From contig JAJDCD010000010.1 of assembly GCA_029261035.1 (NCBI GenBank), positions 142,612-206,611 of the forward strand: DNA of 64,000 nt. The letters are read 5' to 3'. The notes beneath the pieces are model-generated. The model was not told where the DNA came from and made no database searches. It saw only the letters and a program-made list of their open reading frames with translations. How positions within the stretch are numbered: position 1 is the first letter of the stretch; every line of letters begins with the position of its first letter. Source of the stretch: Candidatus Omnitrophota bacterium. GTDB lineage: Bacteria > Omnitrophota > Omnitrophia > Omnitrophales > JACROU01. The position numbers and the translations under genes are program-made. Below are positions 11,101-20,996 of this stretch, piece after piece.

Positions 11101-11190
11101 TGTCATCCTTGAGCGTAGCGAAGGATCTATGAGAAAGGAGTTTTCTTTAAAAACCAGAGATTCTTCGTCGTTACACTCCTCAGAATGACA
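11101..11190. repeat. REP-like palindromic element (TGTCATCC..GAGCG.AGCGAAGGATCT family)
   Basis: Inverted arms TGTCATCCTTGAGCGTAGCGAAGGATCT ... AGATTCTTCG...CTCAGAATGACA; related arms at 57430-57456 and 57585-57611. Confidence 0.75.
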
Positions 11191-11258
11191 CCCCAACTGG
11201 CTTCCCGACCAAGTAGGGAATGACAAATTATCTGACCTCGGCATTCTGTTCCTTATGA

Positions 11259-12758
11259 CTATATCTCCACTACCAAATCAAGTTGTTCTAGTAATTTATT
11301 TTGTGTCCGAAGCACTTTGTCTTTAGCTTTTTCATATTCAATAAAAGCTTCTATCTTATCTGTTTTAGCATCTAATAAGTCGTCTTGATAATCAATCATC
11401 ACTTTACTTGAAGAGCGGCCAACTTTAAATTGTTTCGATTCTTCCTTTAATTTTTCTCTCTGTAATTCTTCAATTTTTATAGCCTGTTTAAATTTTTGCT
11501 GTGATACTTGCAGTTCTTTATAAACATTTTCTATTTCTAATATAATTTCCTGAATCAAACGCTCCAATTCTAACTTAGCCTGCTTCAGCTCAAACTTCGC
11601 TTTTTCAGTACCAGCTCTTGCTTCTCTATTTTCCAACGGATAATCAAGGTCAAAGCCAATGAAATAACGAGGGTGATTAAATCCAAAAATTTCCCCTTCC
11701 GTTGGCTTTAAGTTCTCATCAAATGCATTTGTTTGAACTGTGGCAAAAACATCCAGTTGAGGCAGTTTTCTCATCTTATTTACTTTTACATTCAAACCCT
11801 TGCTTTCAATTTCAATGAGCTTCTGCTTATAATCTCTTCTAGATTCAATGATGTTCTTCATAACTTCCGCCAAAGACACGTTCACTTCACGAAACTTAAG
11901 ATCTTCACTTGGAATCACATCTTCTTCATAGGAAAGTAACAATTTCAAATCATTCATCGAAACTTGAGATGCCAGCTGCGCATCAAGTATATTCTGAATA
12001 CGATCTCTTAAATTAGCTTCCGAAGCATAAAAATCCGGAAGTTCTGACAAGCCTGTATCTAATTGTTTTTTGACAATATCATAAAATTTTTCAGCAATCG
12101 TATAAGCTTCTTTCCTAGCAGCCAATAGACGTAATTCCTTAACATAAGTCCAATAAGCTTCTCTAGTTTCAAAAACAATTTGTTCTATATTGTCTATCAC
12201 CTCTTCTTTGAATCCTCTCACATCCAAGCGCACTTGCTGAATCTCTGATCGATCGATAATTCCAAAAGCATTTCTAAGAAGAGGCTGCCTCACTTCAACT
12301 CCAGCATGCGCTTCATAATTAGGGTTTAATGCCGCAAAAGCAGAGTCCGTAGAATTTCTCTGACTTTCATGAAACACATCTACCTCCAAACCGACAGCCG
12401 TCTTTTTTGATAAACGCGCACTCACACGACTTGTTATTGTTTTTTCTCCCAAAATAATTGTAGGTTGCTGTTCTTTTTCCCAGTCATAGGTAGCTTCTGC
12501 AGTCAGTTGAGTATCGTAACGAGCCTTCTCTTTCATAATATCCGTTTTTCGCGCAGAATAATCTAGTTTCGTTACTTGAATATCAAGGCTTTTAAGCAAC
12601 GCCATTCGAGCCACATCATTAGCTGTAACCTTGTCCGCTTCTAAAGGAGGAAACTGCTCATTAAGCATTGCAGGCTTCTCAATCCCTTCCGCAAAAAGAA
12701 AACATGTCTGACTCGCAAACAATACTAAAAGAAAAATAGTGAAAAATGGATTTCTCAT
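11259..12758 (-). CDS. TolC family outer-membrane efflux protein
   Basis: Signal peptide, QPLLRN motif, two OEP-type repeats; upstream of the RND gene. Confidence 0.88.
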   Translation of the reverse strand: MRNPFFTIFLLVLFASQTCFLFAEGIEKPAMLNEQFPPLEADKVTANDVARMALLKSLDIQVTKLDYSARKTDIMKEKARYDTQLTAEATYDWEKEQQPTIILGEKTITSRVSARLSKKTAVGLEVDVFHESQRNSTDSAFAALNPNYEAHAGVEVRQPLLRNAFGIIDRSEIQQVRLDVRGFKEEVIDNIEQIVFETREAYWTYVKELRLLAARKEAYTIAEKFYDIVKKQLDTGLSELPDFYASEANLRDRIQNILDAQLASQVSMNDLKLLLSYEEDVIPSEDLKFREVNVSLAEVMKNIIESRRDYKQKLIEIESKGLNVKVNKMRKLPQLDVFATVQTNAFDENLKPTEGEIFGFNHPRYFIGFDLDYPLENREARAGTEKAKFELKQAKLELERLIQEIILEIENVYKELQVSQQKFKQAIKIEELQREKLKEESKQFKVGRSSSKVMIDYQDDLLDAKTDKIEAFIEYEKAKDKVLRTQNKLLEQLDLVVEI

Positions 12759-12762
12759 TGTC

Positions 12763-13215
12763 TTATCCTTTATTACTAAAAAATTGATTCAAATAAGTGT
12801 CTAAAGATACATTGATAGCTTCATAAAATTTCTTTATGGTTTTAACTTCACCACCAGAAAAGGCTCCCAATTGCTTGGCAATACGACCCACGGTCATCTT
12901 GCGAATGTAACTGACAACAGACTTCCCCGACTCTGTTACCTGAATAAAGTAAACGCGACGATCTTTAGAGTCTTTAACACGTTTTATTAATTTTTGCTTT
13001 TCTAAACGGTCTACAAGGTTCGTAATTGAGGAGGATGCTAAATAAAGCTTCTCTGCAATCTCATTCATTCTCAGAGAGCCTTCATCAACAATAAGAATCA
13101 ACAGCGAAAACTGAGGAATAGTTAGATTTTTTTCTGTTAAAATTTTTGAGTAGAAACGAGAAAATTTACCCTGAATACTTCTTAAAATACTTTCCAACTC
13201 TTTTCGATCGGCCAT
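12763..13215 (-). CDS. MarR family transcriptional regulator
   Basis: LTIPQF...ITNLVDRLEKQKLIKR...DRR..IQVTESG; start revised to ATG at 13215. Confidence 0.9.
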   Translation of the reverse strand: MADRKELESILRSIQGKFSRFYSKILTEKNLTIPQFSLLILIVDEGSLRMNEIAEKLYLASSSITNLVDRLEKQKLIKRVKDSKDRRVYFIQVTESGKSVVSYIRKMTVGRIAKQLGAFSGGEVKTIKKFYEAINVSLDTYLNQFFSNKG

Positions 13216-13315
13216 TGAACAACCCCTATAATTACTTTGAATATCAAATAGTTTGAACTTCGAAGTAATTATAATACTTTTCCCCATTTTTGTCAAAATG
13301 ACAGCGTCTCTGGAC

Positions 13316-13349
13316 AAAAAAAAGGCCCGAATCGAATAGATTCGGGCCT
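13316..13349 (-). terminator. Rho-independent terminator of the cytochrome operon
   Basis: Minus strand AGGCCCGAATC-TATTC-GATTCGGGCC followed by a T tract. Confidence 0.8.
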
Positions 13350-13373
13350 AAGAATAAATTATTATAAAAAAGT

Positions 13374-16217
13374 TTACTTCTTTTTCTTCTTATCGTTCTC
13401 TTCAGGTAATTGAACCACATAATCACGAAGCGCAATAATTTGCTTCATAGCATCCCCTTCTAAAATATCCGGTAGCGGAGACTGAAGATCTGGAAAATAA
13501 CCCGGCATACCTGTTCCTGGCATTAATGCGTCTGGATTCTTCAACCAATCAACAATCCACTCATGTCGGAGTCGATCACGAGATAACAATAAGTTTGGTG
13601 CTAATTCACTGGCGGATACTTCTCCACTACTTCCTACCATTCCCTCTGTGACTGCGTGACATTGGATACAACGCAATTGATCAAACAATAAAGCTCCTGC
13701 AGCCAAAGACTCTTCTGTTGGTTGCGCTTTAGTTTCAGAGAATGTCTCTTCAACACCATCTTCAGCTCTAAAATGTTTGATAATCACATCAATCTCTTCA
13801 TCTGTAAATCCAAAGGTAGGCATACGTGTTTTAAGCCATGGACGTATCTCAGAAGGCGCTTTTAAGAACTCATGGAACCAATCCCCTTGGACACGAGCTC
13901 CTTGACCTACAATACTTGGAGGTGCCATTACTGAATCATCTACATATTTTCCAATATCTCCACCAACCCCTGTATCTACTTCATGACAGCCCGCACAGTT
14001 CATATCGCGAATCAGTCGTTTTCCATCTTCAACGAGCCTCTCTTGTTCATCTAATAATTTTAAACGATTCATTGGCACATGATTCACTTTAAGCCCTGAT
14101 AAGTATGTTACAAGCGAATTTCTTTGATCCTCTGTTAAATTAAATTGAGGCATCCTCAGCTTTTCTTTTCTTGTCTTCTCTTTGCCTTGATCAAAAATAC
14201 GAGGCTGTTTGATTTTAGTTTGATAAAACGATTGATGCGTATGCGGCACGTCCACAAAACCAAAGTCAAATTGCTCCATAGGCTTACTCGACTCATGCGT
14301 CAACTCAACACCAATTCGAGTCGCATCTTCAAAACCTGAAATATCATGACAAGCATAACAACCATAGAAATTAGTCAGCTTCTCTCCCAAATAAACCACC
14401 TTTTCATCTTGAGACATGGAAGCTAACTTTTCATTCACTTGTTTATCTGTCAAACCTTCTCTTAGGTCTTCTCTAACCATTTCTTCCAGAGCATCTTGGT
14501 TTAGTTCAGGCTCTGCAAGTTCTTCAAAGGGTTCATTTTTAAGTGTTACTAAGAAAGCCGCTACATCCAAAGCCTCTTGATCTGTGAGTCGGAGGCTAGG
14601 CATGCTGGTCTCTGGATTATAATGCTTTGGATTCTTTAACCAATCTACCAACCAAGGAACATTTACCTTACTACCAATCTGAGAAAGGTTCGGAGCAAAA
14701 TCACTGACCTTATCTTCACCGACAGAGTGACAACCCAAACAACCTATTTCTTTAACAAGCTTTTGTCCTTGTTCTGCATCTCCCTCACCTGTAATTTCTT
14801 CTGGAACAAACTCTTCAGATTGATCAAACAAATAAGTCACAATAGCATGCACTTGTGTATCTTCAACTTCTTCTGAGGCTGCATTCGATAACCCAAAGAA
14901 ACTTGGCATTTTAGTATCTGGTCTAAAACTTTTTGGATCTTTCAACCATTTCGCAGTCCAACCCGGATCCACCTTTCCTCTAATTCTCTTCAAGGAAGGT
15001 CCTGCTTTTCGAATTTCTTCTTCAGGTAAACCTTTTACTTCATGACAACCAACACAACCCATCTCTTCAAACAATTGACGTCCTTCATTCAACTCAACAG
15101 CTTCTGGAATCACTAGTTGTTGATCATGGCATTGCAAACAAGAGGATTCTACATACTTTAAAGGCAACATTGGCTCTGCCCAATGCTTTAAAGGATGCCA
15201 ATCGTATTTCTCTTCCCATTCATGAGCTTGCTCATTTGAGTTTGCAGCATGACCCGCGTGATAAAAATCAATCGCTTGCCCATTTCCACTATGACAAGAG
15301 GTGCAACCGAATGTTTCCATTGCATGAGGTGAGCTCGAAGAAACGTAAAGATCTAAGTTTGGATGTGTTGTAAACGGTTGAGGAGCATCTTCAAAACCTT
15401 TAAGATCAATTCCTAAATGACAAGTGGTACAACGATCAATTTTAGGAACCTGAACAAAACTTAAGTCATCATAAAGGTCTTCCATCACTAATTGACGGAT
15501 TCTTAATGTTGGGGCAATAAAGTCAAACATAGGACTATTTCTAAAAGCATTAAAAAGGCTGGGCTTTAAATTCTTAATCTTATCCTTAACACGCTTCTCT
15601 TCACTTCTCATCAAGGCTAGACTTTCCACTAACTCCGATTTATTTTCTAGAATGGAGTTAATTTCATTCTCAAGAGTTGTCCTCTGAAAAATAAGTTCGC
15701 CCTTAATACTCTTATTTTCGCCAACAAGAATTTTCCAGCGATTTAGCTCTTCTTTAAGAAGAGCTAATTTACTTTCTTGAGAGACTTCAACCTGAACAAG
15801 ATGTTCATCAGAATGGGCTCTCTGTTCTTCAAATTGATATTTAATCGCCTCCAGCTCCGCTTGTTGACTCTTAAGGTCCGTATCTAATAACAAAATCTCT
15901 TTATCTAACTGCTTCAGCTGTTTTTCTTTTTCTTTCAAAACTGTTTTTTGTTCTTTCAGAGATTCTTCTTCTTCTTTTAATTTTTTTTCTATACGAGCCA
16001 TTTTTTTCTGGCGCGTTTTTTTCGTTAACTCCTCTAACTCCCCTTTTGTTTGCTCAACCTGCATTTTGTTAAAAGAACGCTGATACTTTTTCCACTCACG
16101 AGAGTAGTCATCCACAATAACACACAGAACCACTAAGAATAGAATCACACTAGCGATTCCAAAGATCACTGAAAGCTTTGCTGTATTGTATAAAAATTCG
16201 TTTTTTTTATCGGCCAT
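13374..16217 (-). CDS. Membrane-anchored octaheme c-type cytochrome with coiled-coil stalk (bc-complex associated)
   Basis: N-terminal TM helix, ~180-aa coiled coil, 8 CxxCH motifs (CTTCH, CTSCH, CLQCH, CVGCH, CLGCH, CYACH, CAGCH, CIQCH), repeated W..W.K.P....P.T.MP motifs. Confidence 0.9.
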   Translation of the reverse strand: MADKKNEFLYNTAKLSVIFGIASVILFLVVLCVIVDDYSREWKKYQRSFNKMQVEQTKGELEELTKKTRQKKMARIEKKLKEEEESLKEQKTVLKEKEKQLKQLDKEILLLDTDLKSQQAELEAIKYQFEEQRAHSDEHLVQVEVSQESKLALLKEELNRWKILVGENKSIKGELIFQRTTLENEINSILENKSELVESLALMRSEEKRVKDKIKNLKPSLFNAFRNSPMFDFIAPTLRIRQLVMEDLYDDLSFVQVPKIDRCTTCHLGIDLKGFEDAPQPFTTHPNLDLYVSSSSPHAMETFGCTSCHSGNGQAIDFYHAGHAANSNEQAHEWEEKYDWHPLKHWAEPMLPLKYVESSCLQCHDQQLVIPEAVELNEGRQLFEEMGCVGCHEVKGLPEEEIRKAGPSLKRIRGKVDPGWTAKWLKDPKSFRPDTKMPSFFGLSNAASEEVEDTQVHAIVTYLFDQSEEFVPEEITGEGDAEQGQKLVKEIGCLGCHSVGEDKVSDFAPNLSQIGSKVNVPWLVDWLKNPKHYNPETSMPSLRLTDQEALDVAAFLVTLKNEPFEELAEPELNQDALEEMVREDLREGLTDKQVNEKLASMSQDEKVVYLGEKLTNFYGCYACHDISGFEDATRIGVELTHESSKPMEQFDFGFVDVPHTHQSFYQTKIKQPRIFDQGKEKTRKEKLRMPQFNLTEDQRNSLVTYLSGLKVNHVPMNRLKLLDEQERLVEDGKRLIRDMNCAGCHEVDTGVGGDIGKYVDDSVMAPPSIVGQGARVQGDWFHEFLKAPSEIRPWLKTRMPTFGFTDEEIDVIIKHFRAEDGVEETFSETKAQPTEESLAAGALLFDQLRCIQCHAVTEGMVGSSGEVSASELAPNLLLSRDRLRHEWIVDWLKNPDALMPGTGMPGYFPDLQSPLPDILEGDAMKQIIALRDYVVQLPEENDKKKKK

Positions 16218-16233
16218 TTTAATTCACTAACTA

Positions 16234-17313
16234 TTAGATGTTGAAAAAATATTCTGGAATAGCAACGATGTATTTAATGTTAAACAACCATCTTAAATAC
16301 ATTTTGATGGGAAGCGCTACCGTAGTTAACAATAACATCATCAAGAAACCATAACGAATGGCTCCCATTTCCATAAAAAACTTTTTAAATAACGTTTTGG
16401 CTAAAACAATTGGAATCAAACCAAAATAAACAAAAACCAAAATAATTCCAAAAATTTCACGTGTAAACCAAAACCGAGGCATGGCTGTTTGGAACCATTT
16501 AATAAAAATAATTTCAGATAAGTTAATATTCACCGAAGGAACCACTTTATGAACATCCCAAACCTCATAGGGTCCAAAGAAGTTCCAGTTAGGCCCTCTC
16601 AGAAAGGTGCCTATCACAATCAAAAAAATCCAAAGCACCAAAAATCCAAAAAGAAATGAAACAATCGCGAACTTTCTTTCTTTAAAAGTGTAATATCCAT
16701 TTCCTTTTTTGTTCTTATCTAAATAAGGAATCGCCATCAAACCCACAATAATTAAAACAGGCAATACAACACCCGCAATCCAAGGGTCAAAGTAAACAAG
16801 CATCTCTTGAAGTCCTAAGAAATACCAAGGGGCCTTTGAAGGATTAGGTGAAATTGTAGGATTCGCAGGTTCTTCTAGAGGAGCCTGAAGCGCTAAAGCC
16901 CAAATCAAAAGAACAATCGTCGCCAAAATCATACATAAAAATTCAGTGTAAACAAGGTTGGGCCAAACAAAAAGTTTTTCGTTGGCTTCCGACTTTTCGA
17001 ACGTAGGCTCTCCTTTTTCGGTACGGATATCATTATCCACACCTTTACGCAAAGAAAACCATGTAAAGAAAATAATTAAAAACAACATCCCAACAATCGG
17101 AACATTATCGGGTAGGGTTACAATTTTTCTGAAATGATCATCTGTAAGACTCACTAGAAAGAATGTCGTAAACAATCCTAGAAAAGTTAAAAATACAGGG
17201 GTCTTAGTAAAAAAACGCACATAGTGCATTACTACAAAAAAACCGATGATCGTAGCTGTAATAAACAGCTGAGGTGAAGAAATTGTATCTATAAAATTTT
17301 TTAATGCGTCCAT
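16234..17313 (-). CDS. Cytochrome b/b6 C-terminal (subunit IV-like) membrane subunit
   Basis: APLEEPANP..SPNPSKAPWYFLGLQE (PEWY-equivalent region), multiple TM helices. Confidence 0.85.
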   Translation of the reverse strand: MDALKNFIDTISSPQLFITATIIGFFVVMHYVRFFTKTPVFLTFLGLFTTFFLVSLTDDHFRKIVTLPDNVPIVGMLFLIIFFTWFSLRKGVDNDIRTEKGEPTFEKSEANEKLFVWPNLVYTEFLCMILATIVLLIWALALQAPLEEPANPTISPNPSKAPWYFLGLQEMLVYFDPWIAGVVLPVLIIVGLMAIPYLDKNKKGNGYYTFKERKFAIVSFLFGFLVLWIFLIVIGTFLRGPNWNFFGPYEVWDVHKVVPSVNINLSEIIFIKWFQTAMPRFWFTREIFGIILVFVYFGLIPIVLAKTLFKKFFMEMGAIRYGFLMMLLLTTVALPIKMYLRWLFNIKYIVAIPEYFFNI

Positions 17314-17339
17314 CTGCTTCCTTTGTCTTTCGCGAAGGT

Positions 17340-18131
17340 TTATACGGGAGTTGAAATCCCACCGTCTTTACGAATTCTCCAAAAGTGAACAGCCATTAAA
17401 ACTGCTGCAGCCAATGGAATAGCGACACAATGTAATATATAAAATCGAAGTAAAGTAGCAGCGCCCACAAATCGACCGCCTAATAATGCAAAACGCACAT
17501 CGTCTCCAGAGTGAACCAAGCTCACTCCAGCAATATTTAAGAAAGAGGCTCCAGGTCCTTCATGCCCCAAGAATGGCGTTGCTCTCGCCATATTAGATCC
17601 AACAGTAATAGCCCAAATAGCCAATTGGTCCCAAGGCAATAAGTACCCCGTAAAACTTAAAAGAAGGGTCAGAACTAATAAAATAACACCAATATTCCAA
17701 TTAAACTCGCGTGGCGGTTTATAAGAACCTGTCATAAAAACACGAAACATATGAAGCCAAACAGCAATAACCATCGCATGAGCACCCCAACGATGAATTT
17801 CTCTCATAATACCTAAAGGAACATGATCCCTTAAAGCCATAATATCGCTAAACGCATACTCTGCTGTTGGACGATAATAAAACATCAACAAAACACCTGT
17901 AATCACTTCCACAAGAAAAATAAAAAAAGCCAAGCCACCCATACACCAGGTATAGCTGATTCGGATTCCCGACTTACGTGCGGTAACGGGATGAAGATGG
18001 AGGAAAACATTCGACAAAATTACAAGCGAACGATTTCTCTTATCCGTAGGCTTTCCATGACGAAAAATAGATTTCCAAATTTGAGATTGTCTAAAATTTT
18101 CCCACAAAGATTTTTTCGGTGCTGTTGCCAT
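17340..18131 (-). CDS. Cytochrome b6-like N-terminal subunit of a Rieske/cytochrome b complex
   Basis: YTWCMGG (heme ci Cys), TGVLLMFYY, HRWGAH, KPPREFNW..G, FTGYLLPWDQ, GGISTP. Confidence 0.93.
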   Translation of the reverse strand: MATAPKKSLWENFRQSQIWKSIFRHGKPTDKRNRSLVILSNVFLHLHPVTARKSGIRISYTWCMGGLAFFIFLVEVITGVLLMFYYRPTAEYAFSDIMALRDHVPLGIMREIHRWGAHAMVIAVWLHMFRVFMTGSYKPPREFNWNIGVILLVLTLLLSFTGYLLPWDQLAIWAITVGSNMARATPFLGHEGPGASFLNIAGVSLVHSGDDVRFALLGGRFVGAATLLRFYILHCVAIPLAAAVLMAVHFWRIRKDGGISTPV

Positions 18132-18132
18132 A

Positions 18133-18780
18133 TTAAACCTTCAGAATGGATTGAGGATCTTTCCATTCCCCTTTCTCTTGTTGATATATTTTTCCTTTAT
18201 CTACTAGAACTTGTCCATCATCAGCCAAACTAATACGGTACCGTTCTAACGGTCTTGGGGCTGGACCTTCAAAGTTAATACCCGTTTTATAAAAACCACT
18301 CCCATGACAAGGACACTTAAACTTTTCTTCTCCTGGCAACCAAGTAGGAGTACACCCTAAATGAGTGCATACCGTAGACAATGCATAAATACCTTCTGGT
18401 GAACGAACCATCCACACACCAAATTTATTTTTGAAACGCTCATCAACTTGTCCGATTTGAAACTCAGATGGAATACCTGCTTTAAAGGTCATTGGCGGTT
18501 CAAATAAAACATTGGGAAAGAAAAAACGTAAAACTGAAGTTAAAAAACCGGCCATTGCTGCAGAAAAACCAATCCAACCAATTGCAAACCATGAAATAAA
18601 TTTTCTTCTAGATACTCCAGGTTGTTGGGGTGGAGATGTTTTTTGAGCAGCCGAACTCACGGCAGGCTTAGCTGCAGGAGCTGGAGTTACAGGCTTGGTT
18701 TCCTCAGACGGTTTAGGTTGAGATTCGGAAGCAGGTTGTTTTTGCTCCTCTGGTTTTTCTGGTTGTTTTTCGTCAGTCAT
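18133..18780 (-). CDS. Rieske 2Fe-2S protein
   Basis: SRRKF Tat-like motif, CTHLGC and CPCHGS, EGPAPRPL. Confidence 0.95.
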   Translation of the reverse strand: MTDEKQPEKPEEQKQPASESQPKPSEETKPVTPAPAAKPAVSSAAQKTSPPQQPGVSRRKFISWFAIGWIGFSAAMAGFLTSVLRFFFPNVLFEPPMTFKAGIPSEFQIGQVDERFKNKFGVWMVRSPEGIYALSTVCTHLGCTPTWLPGEEKFKCPCHGSGFYKTGINFEGPAPRPLERYRISLADDGQVLVDKGKIYQQEKGEWKDPQSILKV

Positions 18781-18923
18781 AAACTCGATCCAAGGTTAAG
18801 TACGGAACTCAATATAAGGGTCAAATGCCCATTAAAAAAACGTCTATTTTATTCGAACTGCTTGATTTCTCAAGAGAAAAATTACAGTAGGGGCTACAAA
18901 CCCTATTATATCGTTAAACTTTA

Positions 18924-19790
18924 TTAAAATTCATGGGTTAATACCAGAATTGCGGCCTGCCTTACCTTCAAACTAGGGTCTTTTTCGGATAAGGTTTCAA
19001 TCTGAGTTTGAAGCTCTGTCACTCTAAGATTCGCTACTCCCTGAAGAGCACTCAGAATAATAACCTCTTTTTCATTGTCATTTAACTTTGGGAAAGTATC
19101 TAAATAAGCTCGATCTAACAATCTTTCTAAAATAAAAACACCGCTACCATCCTTTAATTGCGATAATGAAAGAGCTGCATTCCAAGCAACATCAGGTTCT
19201 GTATCTCCCAACAAAGGTTTCAAATCTGAGACAACCGAAGTGTCCCTAAAAGTCCCCATAGCAAATGCCGCAATTTTTCTTACGGGAGCGCGAGAATCTT
19301 TCAACAAGGGAAGAACTGAATCTTTAGCCCGAGGGTCTTCCAAAACAGATAAGGCCCAGACACTATAAATCACCGTATCTTCTTCAGCATCACTCAAACT
19401 CTCAATCAACACGGGCACCGACTCCGACTGCTTTAAATAACCTAATGCCAGCGCTAAATAATTTCTTACTCGAAGATCGTATCGAGCACGATTTTTAAAC
19501 ATCGGAATAATTTCTCGGGTGAGTTCTTTTTGTAACTGAGGGTCTGCTTTATCTTCAGTTACTAAAAGCCCTGCCATACTATAAGCCGCTTGCCATTTCT
19601 TATTATCACTTCCCGTTTTAATTTCGACTAAATAGTCTTGAACTGTTTTCGTTTTGAATGTAATAAACCCAAAAGCGTAAAACATCCCTACAGAAATGGT
19701 GACAATTAACAATGGAATTAAAAAAAGACGCATTACCGAGTTATAAGGTGAGTCTTGTTGTTCATCAACTTGATTTTGTTCTTCGCTCAT
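18924..19790 (-). CDS. Membrane-anchored HEAT-repeat protein
   Basis: N-terminal TM helix; repeats such as VRNYLALALG, VRKIAAFAMG, VAWNAALSL, VRQAA. Confidence 0.85.
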   Translation of the reverse strand: MSEEQNQVDEQQDSPYNSVMRLFLIPLLIVTISVGMFYAFGFITFKTKTVQDYLVEIKTGSDNKKWQAAYSMAGLLVTEDKADPQLQKELTREIIPMFKNRARYDLRVRNYLALALGYLKQSESVPVLIESLSDAEEDTVIYSVWALSVLEDPRAKDSVLPLLKDSRAPVRKIAAFAMGTFRDTSVVSDLKPLLGDTEPDVAWNAALSLSQLKDGSGVFILERLLDRAYLDTFPKLNDNEKEVIILSALQGVANLRVTELQTQIETLSEKDPSLKVRQAAILVLTHEF

Positions 19791-19801
19791 ACTTCTTTCC
19801 T

Positions 19802-20161
19802 TTATTTAAAAAATAACTGGATTGAAATAACTAATAAAAATACGGAAAATACTTTCTGTAAAACATAAGAGGGCAAAGCGACATTCATCCGAACCCCAAT
19901 AAAACTACCCAAAACACAAAAAACAGCAACAACGGCTGCGATTTTCCAGTTCACCTGTCCTGAATTCGCGTGGTTGAGCGCTCCAAATAAAGCCGTAGGG
20001 ATAATCACTGCCAAAGAAGTTCCTGTAGCCACATGAATATCCATCTTCAACAAATATAAAAACAAAGGAACTAAAACAGTTCCTCCCCCAACTCCAAACA
20101 AACCACTTAAAATCCCTGCCAACAAACCTATCCCTAAGATCAAGCCCCAATTCATAAACAC
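19802..20161 (-). CDS. TauE/SafE (TSUP) family transporter, half-size
   Basis: AGILSGLFGVGGG, ATGTSL; about four TM helices in 119 aa. Confidence 0.85.
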   Translation of the reverse strand: MFMNWGLILGIGLLAGILSGLFGVGGGTVLVPLFLYLLKMDIHVATGTSLAVIIPTALFGALNHANSGQVNWKIAAVVAVFCVLGSFIGVRMNVALPSYVLQKVFSVFLLVISIQLFFK

Positions 20162-20172
20162 TCCATTGGTTT

Positions 20173-20583
20173 TTAAGTTCGTTCGTCTAACTCCTGATTT
20201 ACAAGCAGATCAACAATCTGAATTTTAGGATGTGTACGAGGGACATGATTATAGCTTACTTTTTCTAACTGTTGTTCCACCTGCTTCACTTTTAGATACA
20301 TTTGCTTCATCTTGGGATCTTTAACTCGATATTGACCTAAAAGTTGTTTGATCACTAATTCACTATCGCAAAAAGCATCCACTTCTTTCGCTTCTGCCTG
20401 CACCGCAAGTTCTAACGCCTTAAGCACGCCATTATACTCAGCAACGTTATTCGTCGTCTCCCCTAAGTATGCACGGTACTCCGTAAGAATCGCTCCTTTA
20501 GCATCGACTAAGATAACACCATAGGCCGCCGGCCCTGGATTACCACGAGCCCCACCATCGGAATAAACAGAAATCGCACTCAT
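20173..20583 (-). CDS. rnhA: Ribonuclease HI family protein (archaeal/actinobacterial type)
   Basis: SDGGARGNPGPA, TNNVAEY, DSELVIKQ..G.YRVK, HVPR; start revised to ATG at 20583. Confidence 0.88.
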   Translation of the reverse strand: MSAISVYSDGGARGNPGPAAYGVILVDAKGAILTEYRAYLGETTNNVAEYNGVLKALELAVQAEAKEVDAFCDSELVIKQLLGQYRVKDPKMKQMYLKVKQVEQQLEKVSYNHVPRTHPKIQIVDLLVNQELDERT

Positions 20584-20676
20584 TCCATACTCTCTTATCG
20601 TTTTAAGTCTATTAATTGATCTTGAAGTCAATAATAATAAAGGAAGCCCTTGAAAGGTCAAGGGATAAGTTCATAA

Positions 20677-20722
20677 ATAAAAAAAGAGGCACACCTTACA
20701 ACATAAAAGGTATGCCTCTTGT
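20677..20722 (-). terminator. Terminator downstream of the small-peptide pair
   Basis: Minus strand GAGGCATACCTT...AAGGTGTGCCTC followed by TTTTTTT. Confidence 0.7.
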
Positions 20723-20802
20723 CTTGATAGGGCTTTTCAGTTAAAAACGATTAAACGCTCCCTCTCGGGTCATTATGCGTTTTTGCCCTTTTAAATGACT
20801 CT

Positions 20803-20946
20803 CTATTTTGCATGGATATATCGGATTACGAATACAATAGTTGCCAATACAAACAAAGGCAAATAAACAGAAAGCTTATCCATGTACCATAATCCAATAG
20901 TAATCCCCAAAAAGAGTCCTGTCAGAAGATGATAATCATACTTCAT
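20803..20946 (-). CDS. Small 47-aa membrane protein (paralog 2), not in ORF track
   Basis: MKYDYHLLTGLFLGITIGLWYMDKLSVYLPLFVLATIVFVIRYIHAK; SD GGGGGTGA; aligns ungapped with 20997..21140. Confidence 0.85.
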   Translation of the reverse strand: MKYDYHLLTGLFLGITIGLWYMDKLSVYLPLFVLATIVFVIRYIHAK

Positions 20947-20996
20947 GTTCTCACCCCCCCATCCAAAATTTAGTAGAGCTGATCCTTCAGCCCCTC

